From: Sarea resinae
Taxonomy: Eukaryota
Reading direction: 5' to 3'
DNA length: 50,496 nt
Assembly: GCA_026026165.1 (NCBI GenBank)
Contig: JAPEUD010000033.1
Coordinates: forward strand, 186,001-236,496
A program made the position numbers and the translations under genes. Below, piece after piece: positions 25,750 to 37,872 of the stretch. The notes under the pieces were generated by a model that was not told the DNA's origin, ran no database searches, and saw nothing but the letters and a program-made list of their open reading frames with translations. Each line of letters starts with the position of its first letter. Position 1 is the stretch's first letter.

Positions 25750-26620
25750 AACATCGCGATACTATACCTTACTACTACCACTACTACTATTACTCTAGCT
25801 TAGTGTCTTGTTTCTTTCCCCCTTTCTTCCTGCTTTCAATCTCAATCGAGTTTCGATATATACCTAAGTACACGGAATAACTACGCAAAATACCACATAC
25901 CACATACCAATAATACCAATGAATCCCTAATGAGCGTCTAGACTTGTCTCTCTTGTATAGGACAGTATGTGAAAAGAAAGAGTACTTGCGCTGTTTTTCA
26001 GAATAAAAGTCTCCCCTCTCCCCTTCCCCCTCCTCTGCAATCCGCCTGAGCTGGTACTTCCTATACCCACATATAGTAGAGTAGATAGGGTAGCAATCTG
26101 CGACAAACAAACACCTTTCTACCTAAACCTTGTCGAGATTAAGAGAGAGAGGATATGTTTAATATCTTAATGCCCTAGCTGGCTAGTATTACTGTATTAC
26201 TCTGCCCTACCTACTTTATCTTAGTGTAGAGAGAGACTTAAGAGGGAATTTAAATCTAGGTAAAGATACTTTTAGTACAAATAGCTTAGTTAAGTAGAGA
26301 GAGAGAGAGAGAGAGAAGAGCTATTATATATAGACTATCTATCTGTCTAGGTAGGTAGGTAAGGTAGGTAAGGTAGATAAGGTAGACAAGGTAGGTAAGT
26401 AGGTAATAGATTCTATGTTTTCTTTTCTAAGATTATCAGTTTAAAGATATTAAGATTTAGAAAGTGCTGTTCTACTCTAGCTACTTACTTCGGTAATAGA
26501 GAAGAAAGTACTAGATAGATAATTATATATAAAAGTAAGTAGAGTTTAACCTATAGAGTTAAGGAACTATTTATTTCTCTTATTTCTCTTCTATTCTTCT
26601 AGCTAGATAGCAAATAGGCA
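25750..26620. other. Third RIP-like AT/TpA-rich tract with (GA)n and (GGTA)n repeats
   Basis: Very low GC and TAG/CTA-dense, especially 26100-26610; boundaries approximate. Confidence 0.6.
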
Positions 26621-26661
26621 AACCCTAAGTCCCCCCCCTCCTCAAAGAGAGGAAAAAAACC

Positions 26662-26674
26662 AAAAACAAAAAAA
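26662..26674 (-). terminator. RNA polymerase III oligo-T terminator of the tRNA gene
   Basis: A7 (26668-26674) and A5 (26662-26666) on + read as T runs on -, ~10 nt past the tRNA 3' end. Confidence 0.75.
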
Positions 26675-26683
26675 GGTAAATAT

Positions 26684-26852
26684 TGTCGGCAGTGTGGTTC
26701 GAACACACGCGAGGGAAACCCTCAGTAGAGAAATTCAAATCCTAAACGATCCGCCCAAATACCACTCCGCCCGGTCTGAATCGGGGATAAGCGAAAGACG
26801 ACGGACCGCGCAAACTTAAATCTACCGCCTTAGACCACTCGGCCATACCGAC
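26684..26852 (-). tRNA. tRNA-Leu(TAA) with an 84-nt intron (26814-26731)
   Basis: Acceptor stem GTCGGTA/TGCCGAC + discriminator A; D arm GCCGAGTGGTCTAAGGC; anticodon stem GTAGA/TCTAC with TAA at 26818-26816; long variable arm GAGGG-TTT-CCCTC; T arm GTGTG-TTCGAAC-CACAC; intron at canonical 37/38. Confidence 0.93.
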
Positions 26853-27134
26853 GTTTTTTGCAATCTGGGTATGATTAATAATGCGCTGATAGGTGGTATA
26901 TGTACCTACGACCAAAAAGAGATGGATGGGTGGGTGGATGGGTGGAGGAATCGTTCATTTCCACACGACGAGATATGACCACGCTCTCTCTCTCTCTCTC
27001 TCGGGAAGAATCTACGATGGGTATGTGGATCTTTGTCAGGCTGGACATGAAAAAAATGGTTAGATGGGCTCTCTTTTTGGAGGTGTGCATGGACATCGTG
27101 ATATCTTGCTGCTTGTCTCGACGGGACCTTGCGA

Positions 27135-28428
27135 CTACGCACCCCCCGCCAAAGCAATCGCGACGACGTTGCGCCCAGCTTCGCCGCCGAGATAGAGATT
27201 GCCCGGCCCAGCCGTGCCTTTCTCCTTGCCGGCCATGAGGGCATCGCCCTCGTCCTCGACCTCGACCGCCAATGCAGCCTCGTACCCCCTCATGACCATG
27301 TCCTCGTCGACGCGCACGCCGCCCTCGACCAGCGCCCGCACCACCCCGGCCAACCGCGCGATCTCGCCCATTGTCGCGGCGCTGATCTCGTCGTTCTGGC
27401 TCGAATAGATGGCCCCGCTCGCGCTCTCCTCGAGCTGCGTGATAGATACCCCGCCCGTGCCTTCGGGCGTGGCCACGTGTTTCGCGATCCAGATATACCC
27501 GTTGACGCCGAGCACGACGTCGACCTCGCCACCACCATGCGCTGTGTCTACCGTCCACACCTGCCGGCGCGAGCGGACGACCCCTCCACCTCGCCCACCA
27601 CCACTGCCGCCCGCGCCCGAGACGGCGAGGAAGAGTCCGTTGCGTAATTTGCCGTATTTCAGCGAGCGTGTGTGTAGAGAGGCCGAGCCGTCTTGGAAGA
27701 TTGACTGCACTTCTGCCACCAGCAGATCGCCTTCCGAGAAGAATGAGCGGATCTGTAATTCGTCTGTCGTCGTGCGCTTTCGGAGGATGCCGCCGGGCAG
27801 GTTTATGGCGCTCAGTGGGAGGGAGGCGAGGAGAGGGGCGGAGACGTCGACACGCCAGCGTTTGGACTGCACCTGTTTGTGTTGGGCTGTGTTAGTCCAT
27901 GTTGGATCGTTGATCGGCTGTGCACAGGGAAGAGGGGCAATGGGCTGTGAGTGCAAGTTGAAGGAAGAGGTAAGGAATATCGCGCGTACCTCGACGATGC
28001 GGCCAACGACTAGGTCGCCGATCTCTGGCGTATAACGTGCACGTAGAGGGCGGACTGAAAGCAATTTGTTTGTCTTTTGGACTGTGCCGGCTACGGTGGC
28101 TGTGATGCTTGTTGTCTCGGGGGCGACGAAGGTGCCGTGCCCTCTGCATTGATCCTCAAGTCAGCGACCACCTCAGCTTTAAATATAATATGGAGAGCGC
28201 TTGGCGCCAAAGAACAAAGATTGGGTCGATATACCTCATCCACTGTGGATCATCAGTGACAACCTCTCCCGGCGTCACCATCGCATGACTTATCCTTGCT
28301 CTCTTGGACGGCCGCGTTGACGGCTCCATGTCGATGTCGCCTTCGGAGTCGAGGTGCTCGTCGTCGGACGAGGCATCATCATGGTATGCAGGCGCTGAAG
28401 GCGCTGGAGGCAGGATTGTTATGGCCAT
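27135..28428 (-). CDS. RRP4: Exosome complex subunit Rrp4 (~361 aa, 3 exons)
   Basis: Exons 28428-28235, 28143-27990, 27872-27135. [65 protein letters not shown]. Confidence 0.95.
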
Positions 28429-28722
28429 CGTGGGTTTGGCGATTGAAGAGAAGACACGGGCGAATCGAGTTCAGATTGCTTTTCTAGATAATTTGGATGA
28501 TTGGCGATAATTTGTTGATGCGCTTTGATCGTGAGCTCCCGTACTTCGGTGTCGGCAAAAGTATTCGCCGACTGAAATCCCGCCGGGTAACACGAGGACT
28601 TGGTTACCCTGATCATCTTTTGATCATCGTTAAAGAGACACAGTTCCCACACGATTCACCTCATGTGCACATCAGTTGCATTTACAGCTTCGGACACGAC
28701 AGATTGAGGACGCAATAATTGA

Positions 28723-29625
28723 CTATCTGAGCCGATTGGTCTTGGATTTGAGCCAGAACAAGAATGGCTTCATGTACGGATATACTGTGATCAGAGGAAT
28801 GAGAATCAATCCGATCTGCAAAATTCGGGTCTTGGTCGAAATCGTCGCAGCTCTTCGCTCTCTAAACAATTGCTGGGCTTCGCTATAGACTTCCCCCGCG
28901 TCTCGATACCGCCCTGTCCAGCATTTTTTGATGATATCCCCGCATGGGAGATGACCCACATCCGGGAGATCCTTGATGGGTGGCAATTGGAATTCGTGAT
29001 TCAAGAGATCGTTTTCATATCGTTTCCACACAGCGATTGAGTAGATGGTACTGCCAAGATGAAAGAGGTCGACCTGAGCGGTCAGGCCGTTGTCGCTGAC
29101 AGCCGTGATATCTGCCGTGTCCAGTGGGAAGAGAGAGCACTGGCCGAAGTCGATCATTCTGAGAGACAAACCGTCATCTGCGACGAGGAAGTTTCGAAGG
29201 GCAATATCGTAAATCAACAGTTTGGCTCGGTGAAGCTGGGAGACGGCTTGCATGACTGAAAGAATCCACCGCGCTTTGACCGACCAGCCCAGCTCTTTCT
29301 CGCGCTCAAGGAATGTGGCCGCGTCGCCACGTTTGTAGTAGACCAGCAGAATGCCTTCTTCGGACGATGCAATGCAGTCGGCAATTCCATCACATCGCCC
29401 GACCCGCTTATAGACAGCCTTTTCTGTCTCCAAGGTCGCGATATTGACCTCGTTGACGTACAGTTGGTCTTCGAGCATTTCGCAGTCCAGGATGCTTGTG
29501 TCGCGAATCTTGGGAGCTTTTAGAGCATGCGCGCCACATTTCAGGACGAGACCATTGGTGCCATTCCCAAGGATTTGGTTCGCGTCAGAAATCAAGGGTG
29601 TCCCGTCTGGCTTCAGGAGAGCCAT
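28723..29625 (-). CDS. Atypical protein-kinase-like protein with C-terminal hydrophobic segment (~300 aa, intronless)
   Basis: LGNGTNGLV Gly-loop, ALK, catalytic loop IYDIALRNFLV, IDFG, DLFHLGS, IIKKCW; C-terminal ILQIGLILIPLITVYPYM. Start taken as ATG 29625. Confidence 0.8.
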   Translation of the reverse strand: MALLKPDGTPLISDANQILGNGTNGLVLKCGAHALKAPKIRDTSILDCEMLEDQLYVNEVNIATLETEKAVYKRVGRCDGIADCIASSEEGILLVYYKRGDAATFLEREKELGWSVKARWILSVMQAVSQLHRAKLLIYDIALRNFLVADDGLSLRMIDFGQCSLFPLDTADITAVSDNGLTAQVDLFHLGSTIYSIAVWKRYENDLLNHEFQLPPIKDLPDVGHLPCGDIIKKCWTGRYRDAGEVYSEAQQLFRERRAATISTKTRILQIGLILIPLITVYPYMKPFLFWLKSKTNRLR

Positions 29626-30909
29626 TTCGAAGTGACGAGGCAGGAACGTAGAGCTCTCTGGGCAAGGCCGTCTGGGCAATGGCGATTGGAGTCTACGCAG
29701 GTGGTCTTGCGTTGCTCTGGTATGCTGCCATATCGCGTCTTATTGGTGATGGCAATGATGCGATGACACGACCACTCAATGCCGCCCGTCGGCCCTGAGG
29801 GCGGTGCAATTAGTGATGGCACAGTGCGGGGAAGTAACAAATAGAGATGAGGATCCCGCACCCACGGTCAGCGCAGACTAGGGCGTGGAGGCCTTCAATC
29901 GATCAGACCAGCCCTGATCAAAGGTAATCCGACAACACACAAGAACGAGAAGTCGGAAATGATCCGAAGAGAGTTGATAGGTAGTATCTACCCTCATTCG
30001 TGCTCTGGGGTTGGTAGCTGGAGAATCCTAGTCTCGCATCCTTCGTAGATCCCGCCCTTAGCTCTCCACCGAAGGTCGTCCTAGGACATCGGCTAAGTTA
30101 AGGTTGTCAGATTGTACTACCTCATCTTACTATGTAGCTAGCGACTTGATATCAAACTCCCATTGTTTACACCACCAAGTGTCGACTGGGACGCTTAGAG
30201 TGGGCTGTGTGGTAGTACGAGGGCCTGTCAAGTCGAGGATCCTCTAGCTGTCTGAAGCGGTCTGAGATTCGTCCTTAGAGAACATCACTGGCTAAGTTTG
30301 GTCTCATCCAAACCTGCACACAAATCCGTCACCTAACCCCACATGTCTCATCGCCCTTGGCATATCCCCTCTATCCCCTCTATCCCCTCCATCATCCACC
30401 CCTGTCTCCACCCGCTATACCCAACGTCTCCCCAGCTCCCTCCCCCCACCCCCCCCTCCCCGGCCCTCTATTTCCCTATACCTCTACCCCATCACCCTTC
30501 ACGCACTTATCTCTCCACGCTCTATCTATCCCCATCGCACTATCTACTCCACCCATACCTACACGCACTCTCACCAACTAAACCCCCCAACCTCTTTTCT
30601 TTTCTTGCTTTAACACCTGTAAGCAGGTAAGGACTAGTATCTCAAGGAACACAAGACGTCCACCGGTCTGTTTAGAAGCAATGTATTGATTACGTGAATA
30701 AGGATATCAAAGGCTACTTATCCTAATGTTTCGAAACGTATAGAGGGGGTTTTAGGCTGGTGTAGTAGGCGGGTAGGCAGGTAGGTAGGCAGGTGGATAA
30801 GCAGGTAAGTGAGTGCCGAAGAGGCTAGGACAAGAAAGTAAAGTGAAATAGCTTTGAATAGACTGCATAGATAAGGACTCCTAAAGCCTAACTGCTCTCT
30901 TTGTTTCTC

Positions 30910-30983
30910 CTCTGCTCTGCTCTGCTCTGCTCTGCTCTGCTCTGCTCTGCTCTGCTCTGCTCTGCTCTGCTCTGCTCTGCTCT
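30910..30983. repeat. (CTCTG)n pentanucleotide microsatellite, ~14 perfect units
   Basis: Read directly. Confidence 0.95.
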
Positions 30984-31436
30984 TGTCTCCTCTCCTCTTC
31001 CCCTTTCTACTACCTAGCCCACTATGCTAGAACAATGTCAAAGCCAAAACAAAAAAAAAGAATGAAACATTGCATAAAAGATCCTTCAGATATAGATTTC
31101 CTCATCCCCACCTCTATGTCTAACCCAGCTCAAATCCCGGACCCTGCAGCCAACAGTCATGCAAACACAAGCAGAAAGATGCAAACTTTTCCCCGCCCCC
31201 CCTCTCTCTTTTGGTGACTTCTCTCTCCGTTGCTGACCTCCCACCGACTCACTCAATTGGACTTTGGCTAAGTCATCGCAACCTAAAACGCCTATTGCTT
31301 ACCCATGATTCCTGATTCCTGATCCGTCATCTCGATCCCGTCTTGGATTCCCTTCCCCACCCTCTTCCCCTTCCCGGCTGAGCTTGTTCCTATCGCTCCC
31401 CCTACCCACCCGCATTCACCATTCGCCATCCCTAAG

Positions 31437-32461
31437 TCAAGCACTGCTCCCATCTCTAAGCCCCCCTTGGCGCCCTTTGGTCTGACTACCAGCCCGCAAC
31501 TTTTTCGACACCTTGGCGTGCGTCTTGACCGTACTGGGACTTGCCGCGACACCGACAAGGGGCACATGGGCTCCGGACATGGATGCGGGCGAGATCGAGC
31601 CCGTGGCTGCTGCGACCAGCGTTGTCGGCGATGACGACGACGACGACGATGATGGCGGTGTCGATGGGGATGATGCAGCGATTGAGGCCGTGGTGGTGGC
31701 AACGCAGGGGTAAGTGAGAGACGAGCGCGATGGAAGGCCGCAGTGGCGCGATTGTTGTTGTTCTTGCTGCTGGTGGTCGAGCTGTTGCTGTTGTGCTTGG
31801 TGGGAGTAGCAGTGCGTGCAAATGCGCGTCAGGAATCCTACTCCGGCGCAGGCGGCGCAGTTCTGACCTCTGCGTCCATGTGTTAGGAGTGTTTCTCACA
31901 GTCCAAGGAGAAAGAAAAAAGAAAAAAGGGAAGATGGGTAGGGGTTTCAATTAGGGGTAGGATGGTGATGGTCGTGGATGTGGGACTGTCAATTATTTAT
32001 GCTAGACATGAGAGGTAGATTTGAAAGGAGGGTGGAGTGTCATGGGACGAGTCAGTACACGCGAAGTCGAGGAGAAGTGAAGAGTAAAAGTGGATGGCGA
32101 GAAGTATTCCGAAGAACTAACTTCACGGAGGGGGGGCCAAGTCAAAGGCATCGATCTCGACTCTTTGACAATTTTGACGCAACACCCTCAGGCAGAAAAG
32201 GTGGAAAGGTATCACATACCTGGGCGGGTTCCCTCGGCAGTCCCGACAGTCCATGACTGTGCGGCCGCCGACGCAGAGGATGTGATGTGGGTCTGGGTCC
32301 GGAGATGCAGGCAGTGCTGAAAAGAGAGATGAAGTGGGACGTATGGAGAAAGAAGCGATAGAGTCGTGGATCCGAGTAGGCGTGTTGATATTGGTGGGGG
32401 TCCTGGCGTTGCAATTGGGTTTGTTGCGGTTGGAAGATGGGGGAGAGAAAGGAGGTGCCAT
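31437..32461 (-). CDS. Putative orphan protein with DnaJ-type Cys-rich zinc finger and Q/S-rich tail (~224 aa, 2 exons)
   Basis: Exon1 32461-32220, intron GTATGT..CTAAC..CAG (32219-31870), exon2 31869-31437 stop-free. Splicing gives HILCVGGRTVMDCRDCRGNPPRGQNCAACAGVGFLTRICTHC. Confidence 0.7.
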
Positions 32462-35257
32462 TCTGCCAAGGACGGCTTTGCTACGAGGGGCGAAACTGGG
32501 GGTCCTATATGATGGTACGGAAGGAGAATTCAGATTAGTCTGGGCTGATCTGAAAGAGATGGGCGTTGTTATCCGATTCAAAAGGGGGTGTCGATGGTGT
32601 TTTTTTCGGAAACTTGTTTGATCGTCGTTTCTGTTGCCGTGCTATTCCACATTCTGTCAATCTTTCAACACCTCCTCTCGCCCTTTTTATAACCATAGCT
32701 CCCCATCCCCCATCACTCGAGAACAACACACGGCCATCCTATTGCACGAACGGCCGAGTCTGCCATATTCGCTACCGAATCCATCTGTCTGACGCGAAAA
32801 TGAGCGCAATGTTCTCAATTCCATTCGTCGAAAGCGAAGGAAAGGATAGAATGGAAAAAGAACAACACGACGCCATGGAAGAGCTTAGTCTGCTGTGCCA
32901 TGTACTTCTGGATCCCTAAGTTTCAGTGCCAGTGACACTTAGCGCGGCTGTGTCAATTGACGAGTGGCTTTCGAGCATCGACAGAAAGAAAAGGAGAGGA
33001 CAACCACCCATCGGACAGAGGGAAGGCCAGGAGAAGAAGGTGACAGGACGGTGGTGAGAATAGCATGATCAGCAGAGCACAGGAAACGGGCTTATCCAGC
33101 ACCGATTTGCCTTCGACAAGATGAAAATTCTCCTCGTCCCGCAACGCCAGTGTCATCTTAGTGTTACGCTTCGAACCCATCACTATTCCTGCCTCTTTCC
33201 ATCTCTTATGGTCACTCTGGCCTTCACCGTCCTTGCAGGACCCCCACGGTCACTTCAGCTAGTTCAGGGTTAGAGGAGGCCAACCCAAGGTAGGAAGGAA
33301 CAAGAGCAACGTGGAGAACAATAGACAAAATGACAGAACTGCCCTTCCCAGTACCACGCATCTGAAACAATTACACGCGATACAAAACATCAGATATGGG
33401 TAGCGGCACACTATCGCTCTTCCATTGCACCTGGGGAGTGACCCGAGATCTGCATAGAAGCGACTTGCGGGTTGCGAAGACTCGGTTTCTGGGCTTCTCG
33501 TTGTGCAACATCAGCATGTCAGGGCTGGCATCGAATTACTGGCATAGGAATGTGGTTGCCCATTTGTCGACTGAGGATGTCCACGTGTGAACGCCTTGTG
33601 CTGACTTGACGGGCGCACGTTATGTGTCGTTCGTGTCACCCTCGGCCGGGGAAGACGCCTTGGTGACGGCTAGAGTGATACCAAGCTATAATTGGGCTCA
33701 CCAAAAGCGTTGTATATGCCGCCAACTTGAGATTGTAGATCTCGTATCCCTGGTAAGCCCCTTTCCGAGCAAGCCGGTTTGAATCCCATATGTCATGGCC
33801 CTATCGGGCTGCCCGGAATGCCATGGCACACACTAGTATTGCATGAACCAGACCGATGAGATCTCTGCTGTGATGCACCAACAATGCGCATATCGATCGG
33901 ATATCTCCAATCGCCCCGACGATCAGTTCGGCAGTGCCCTTTCAATCACTCGCACTGGTCCTTCTGTGTGCCTTCTGTGTGCCCTCAGATGGTGACAGGA
34001 CACAGCAAACGCACCGAGCGGGAACTCTACCTCGATTGGGTCGGCGGGGAATTGGAAGAGGCATCCGAGACCATGAAACGGGACGAACCGAGTCTCTACG
34101 AATAGAACTTCGAATAGTCGATGTCATCCATTGTGACCATCAGATAAGCACCTATCAATTGAAGACGATGTTTTCCGCGCCTCGAGTGCAATGGCGGGTC
34201 GTTGGAGCATCCCCCTGAATCCAGTGTTCTATCCTCCATGGCTGATCCTAGATAGAGCGAAAGATGTCATCAGCCCGATATAAGGCTTTCATGTTGCATG
34301 GGTTTTACCCCACGGCGTGGTTGGAACATGTGCAGATCCAGAAAGGGTCATCGGAATTATGAAATTGTATATTCAAGCTATTACTCCTCACACTCTTGCA
34401 GATATCAACCTTCCTCCCGCATACGTGTGGACGAAGAACAAGGCAAGCTCACCGCTTCTCGTCATCCTGGCCTTAGGGAGACGGACGAGTGCCGAAGCAG
34501 GGCCGGTGACACAAGATGGTACAGATGGTTCATGTCACGTAGTCAGAAACGGAGACGATCGATATAGGTAAGGTAAATAAGGCGTTGACTCAAATAGATG
34601 ATGTCAGTCGTGGCTGGACGCACTGCCTCTGGGCTGATACTCATGATCATTTACCTGACGGGAACGAGGCGCGTTTGGCCCCAGATCCTTAGATCCTGTT
34701 AAAGGACCTTGTGGCGTTTGGGGATGACGGGTTGTTGGAGAGGACGAATTCGAAACGTTGTCGTAGTGCCTTGGACGATACTTAAGGATACATTTCACTT
34801 TCGGCAGACGGCATTGCGGCTCTCATCGTTGGGACGAAGGGGAGATTTGAGGAAAACATCGGATGTCTTGATTAAATTGATTCATTGTTGATCATCCAGT
34901 CATATAAGGGACGACTTGTAAGAAAATCACGGTAATGACACTGAAAGATAATGATGCAATCAAACACCACCCCTTTAGATCCCCGAAGAGCCGAGACATA
35001 ACGCCTCGATGAAATCGCAAGGAATGAACTTGCCAGCGCACGGGAAGAAAATGGCAAAGGTGTAATATGATAGCGACGAGTCTTTCGGCACACGATGACG
35101 CAGGAAAACGGGCACTCCCTGAGAATAGTGTAATCAAGACCAACTCATGTGTCCATTAGAGAACCCAGTCCTAGACCACCAAACCTATATCATGATAGTA
35201 ATAGCAGGCATTCAAAGAGTGAATGATGCGATAGACCTTTGACACGACGTGACGCAT

Positions 35258-37872
35258 TCAAACTGATTCCGGCAGGGACAGCAATGCAGCGAAGACACCT
35301 ATTCCCCCAACAATCGCGCCGGCAAGCGCAGTCGCAGCGTATCTAGCCAGTGATTGATTGCCGGGATTGGTGACTCTACGCTTCTTCTTTGCTGGCTCTT
35401 CACTTGTGCCAGTATCGGCAGACGGGAGTACTGCAGGCGTCTCTTGCGCTATCGTATGTGCCTCAACAACGCTGCTCTGCGAGGAAGAAACGAGAACTTC
35501 CCTCGGCTGAGCATCTTGAAAGTCCGCCGAGTGGGAGAGAACATCCTGGCTGCTTGGCGAAAAGATCGAAGACTCGTCTTCGGAGATGGGCACATTATCG
35601 TCGAGATCACTGGAGAGTAAGGCGTTGATCTTTCTCTTTAATGGGTTTGCAGATTCTCCATCTGATGTTGTATCAACGATATCTGTAATGGAAATCCTTG
35701 CAAAGGGATTTGTTGATTTTGGCTGACGCTCATCTTTAGGAGCGAAGAAGGGAGATTCCTTAGGAGACGACTTGGTATGTACCAAACCCGTGGTGGAAGA
35801 ATATGGTTTATCGTCATGGATCTGGTCTTGGTGGCCAGGCAATGCCTGGTCGAAAGATCTCAACTCTTTTTCATCCAGCTTGGTAGCAGCAGTTTGAGGA
35901 GCCCGATTATCCTTGCCCTGTTGACGCGGAACTGACTGATCGAAAGATTCCTTATCCTGGTCCTCCGTCTTTCCCAGGCTGTTCATCGCATTTCCAAAGA
36001 AGCTCCCCAAGGGCGAGGCATTGGAGGAGCTGAAGCCTTGACTCTTTGCCTCAAGGGTCTTTTTGTTAGTTGCTCTTGCCTCAAAATACTCAGATTTCCA
36101 TTGCGATTTGCAATCACCGGGTTCATCAGCGACCACATCCAAACTTTCTAAGCCTGTGTCTGTAAAGAGAGCCGGTGATCGATTGGAGAGTTTTGGCGCA
36201 TCGAAGGAACTCTGCTCATCGTTCAGGATACTTCTTAACTCTGGCATAGGCTGTACCAGATTTACAGCGTCCTTGTCATATTGTGCTTGGCTGTCCTCGA
36301 TAACCAGTGAAGTACCGTCACTTTCGTTTGCATTTCCGGGGAAATTTTTATTCCCGAAAGAAGGGTTGCTTTCTTGCAAATAATCATAGAAGGAAGTATC
36401 GGAGAATGGGTATGGTGCACGTGATTCATGGGACAGGCTATCCCGTGCTGCAGAGCCATCGTCCACCGTGTTTGTTGGGATTGGCACTTCAACGCCACGG
36501 TTGCCAACGCTCGTGGTTGCATCTTCATTTTGCCTGTCGTCGATTTGGAATTTAGGACCTTCATCAAATGCCGGCACATCCGTCGGATCCTCGTTCTCGG
36601 CTGTAGGTAGTTTGTTTCGAGCATAAGGGGCTGCTTCAAGTACCCGACTGTGATTGACAGCGTCGGAAGGTTCATTGATGATTGGCAGTGCATCCGGACC
36701 CTCGTCACTGGAGATATCATCCGCATGTCCATCGACGACGTCTTCCACGTATGCATACTTGGGCACGTCTTCCGACTTTTGTTCCTTATGAGAGGAGTTT
36801 GACGAAGCTGGTTGCGCTTGACTGGTTGAAAATCCTTTGCAAGGCCAATATATAAGCTGAGGCCTGAGTAGTCCTCTTTCATATCTTGACTCACCTGGAG
36901 ATGCCTCTTGGACATCAACCGTTGCAGACATTTCAATTTCGCGCTTGTCTTCGGCGTCGTCGCTCTCGGAAGAACTATCCGAATCAGGCACTTTGAAGCA
37001 ACGCGGAGGAGAGTCTGAGGCAATTGAAGACCTGCTCTGATCGGATGGGCGAACATTCTCAGAATTGATGTCAATCGCGTCATTTGCTTTGGGAGTGTTG
37101 AGATTTGGACTCGACGTCTCAGGTGGAGGTGAACTCGATTCTGGAGTTAACGGGCTGGATCGCAAAGAGAGATTAGCCGGCTTTGAATCTTCTATAGCAT
37201 GGTTAAAGGGGATTGGTTGCAAACTTACTTCCATACCTTCCAATCCAGCTTGACCAGAAATTCGCGAGGAGGGAAGGAATCTGAGTGTTTAAATATCAGT
37301 GATCATGATACTGGATTAGCATCATACCGTGAACCCAATGATGAAAGCGAAATACTGGAAAGCATACCTTTGCCACGAGTGATGGATTCTCCCAGTCTTA
37401 TCTTATCTCCATCGGACAGAGACTCAGACTCGTGCGCGTGGAGCTTTCGGCCATTCACGAAAGTGCCATGTGTGGATCCCAGGTCATCGATATAGAGTCT
37501 CTATTTGTGGCCAGCATAAGCATTTGTCCTCGACGAAGTAGTCGGCTTTCAGCAAGGACATACACTCCCATATTGAGAGATCCAAAGTTCGGCATGGCAT
37601 CGGGAGATGACAGGATTGTCGAGCCAAGCATTGTTCTGAGCCGCAATAAGATTCTGCCTCTTCGATGACCTACCGAGGCGCCATCTCTTCTTTTCAGGCG
37701 TCAAGGTGAGGATACGGGAGGAGAAGTCGTCCGAGTACCTGATCGGGATCAGGGTGATGACAACTAGACTCGCCATGATATCAGTAAACGTTGATGCGAA
37801 TACAAGAAGACACAAATGAAGACCTAGACACAAAACATGAGTCTATCGATATCGCTTACCTTGTCTGCTCAT
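35258..37872 (-). CDS. FHA-domain protein with long acidic/disordered middle and C-terminal transmembrane anchor (~764 aa, 5 exons)
   Basis: Exons 37872-37860, 37763-37564, 37500-37368, 37280-37229, 37154-35258 in frame. FHA motifs LGRSSK, NPVISRCHA, DLGSTHGTFVNG; basic AKKKRR then YAATALAGAIVGGIGVFAALL. Confidence 0.85.

Noticed and set aside
30040..30300. Weak direct repeat (TCGTCCT..ACATC..GGCTAAGTT) ~195 nt apart as an LTR or CRISPR-like unit
   Set aside because: Only two degenerate copies, no LTR termini, and a eukaryotic context
33400..35150. Coding-like composition with several short ORFs between the zinc-finger and FHA genes
   Set aside because: No domain motif or splice-consistent model could be built; a pseudogene is not excluded
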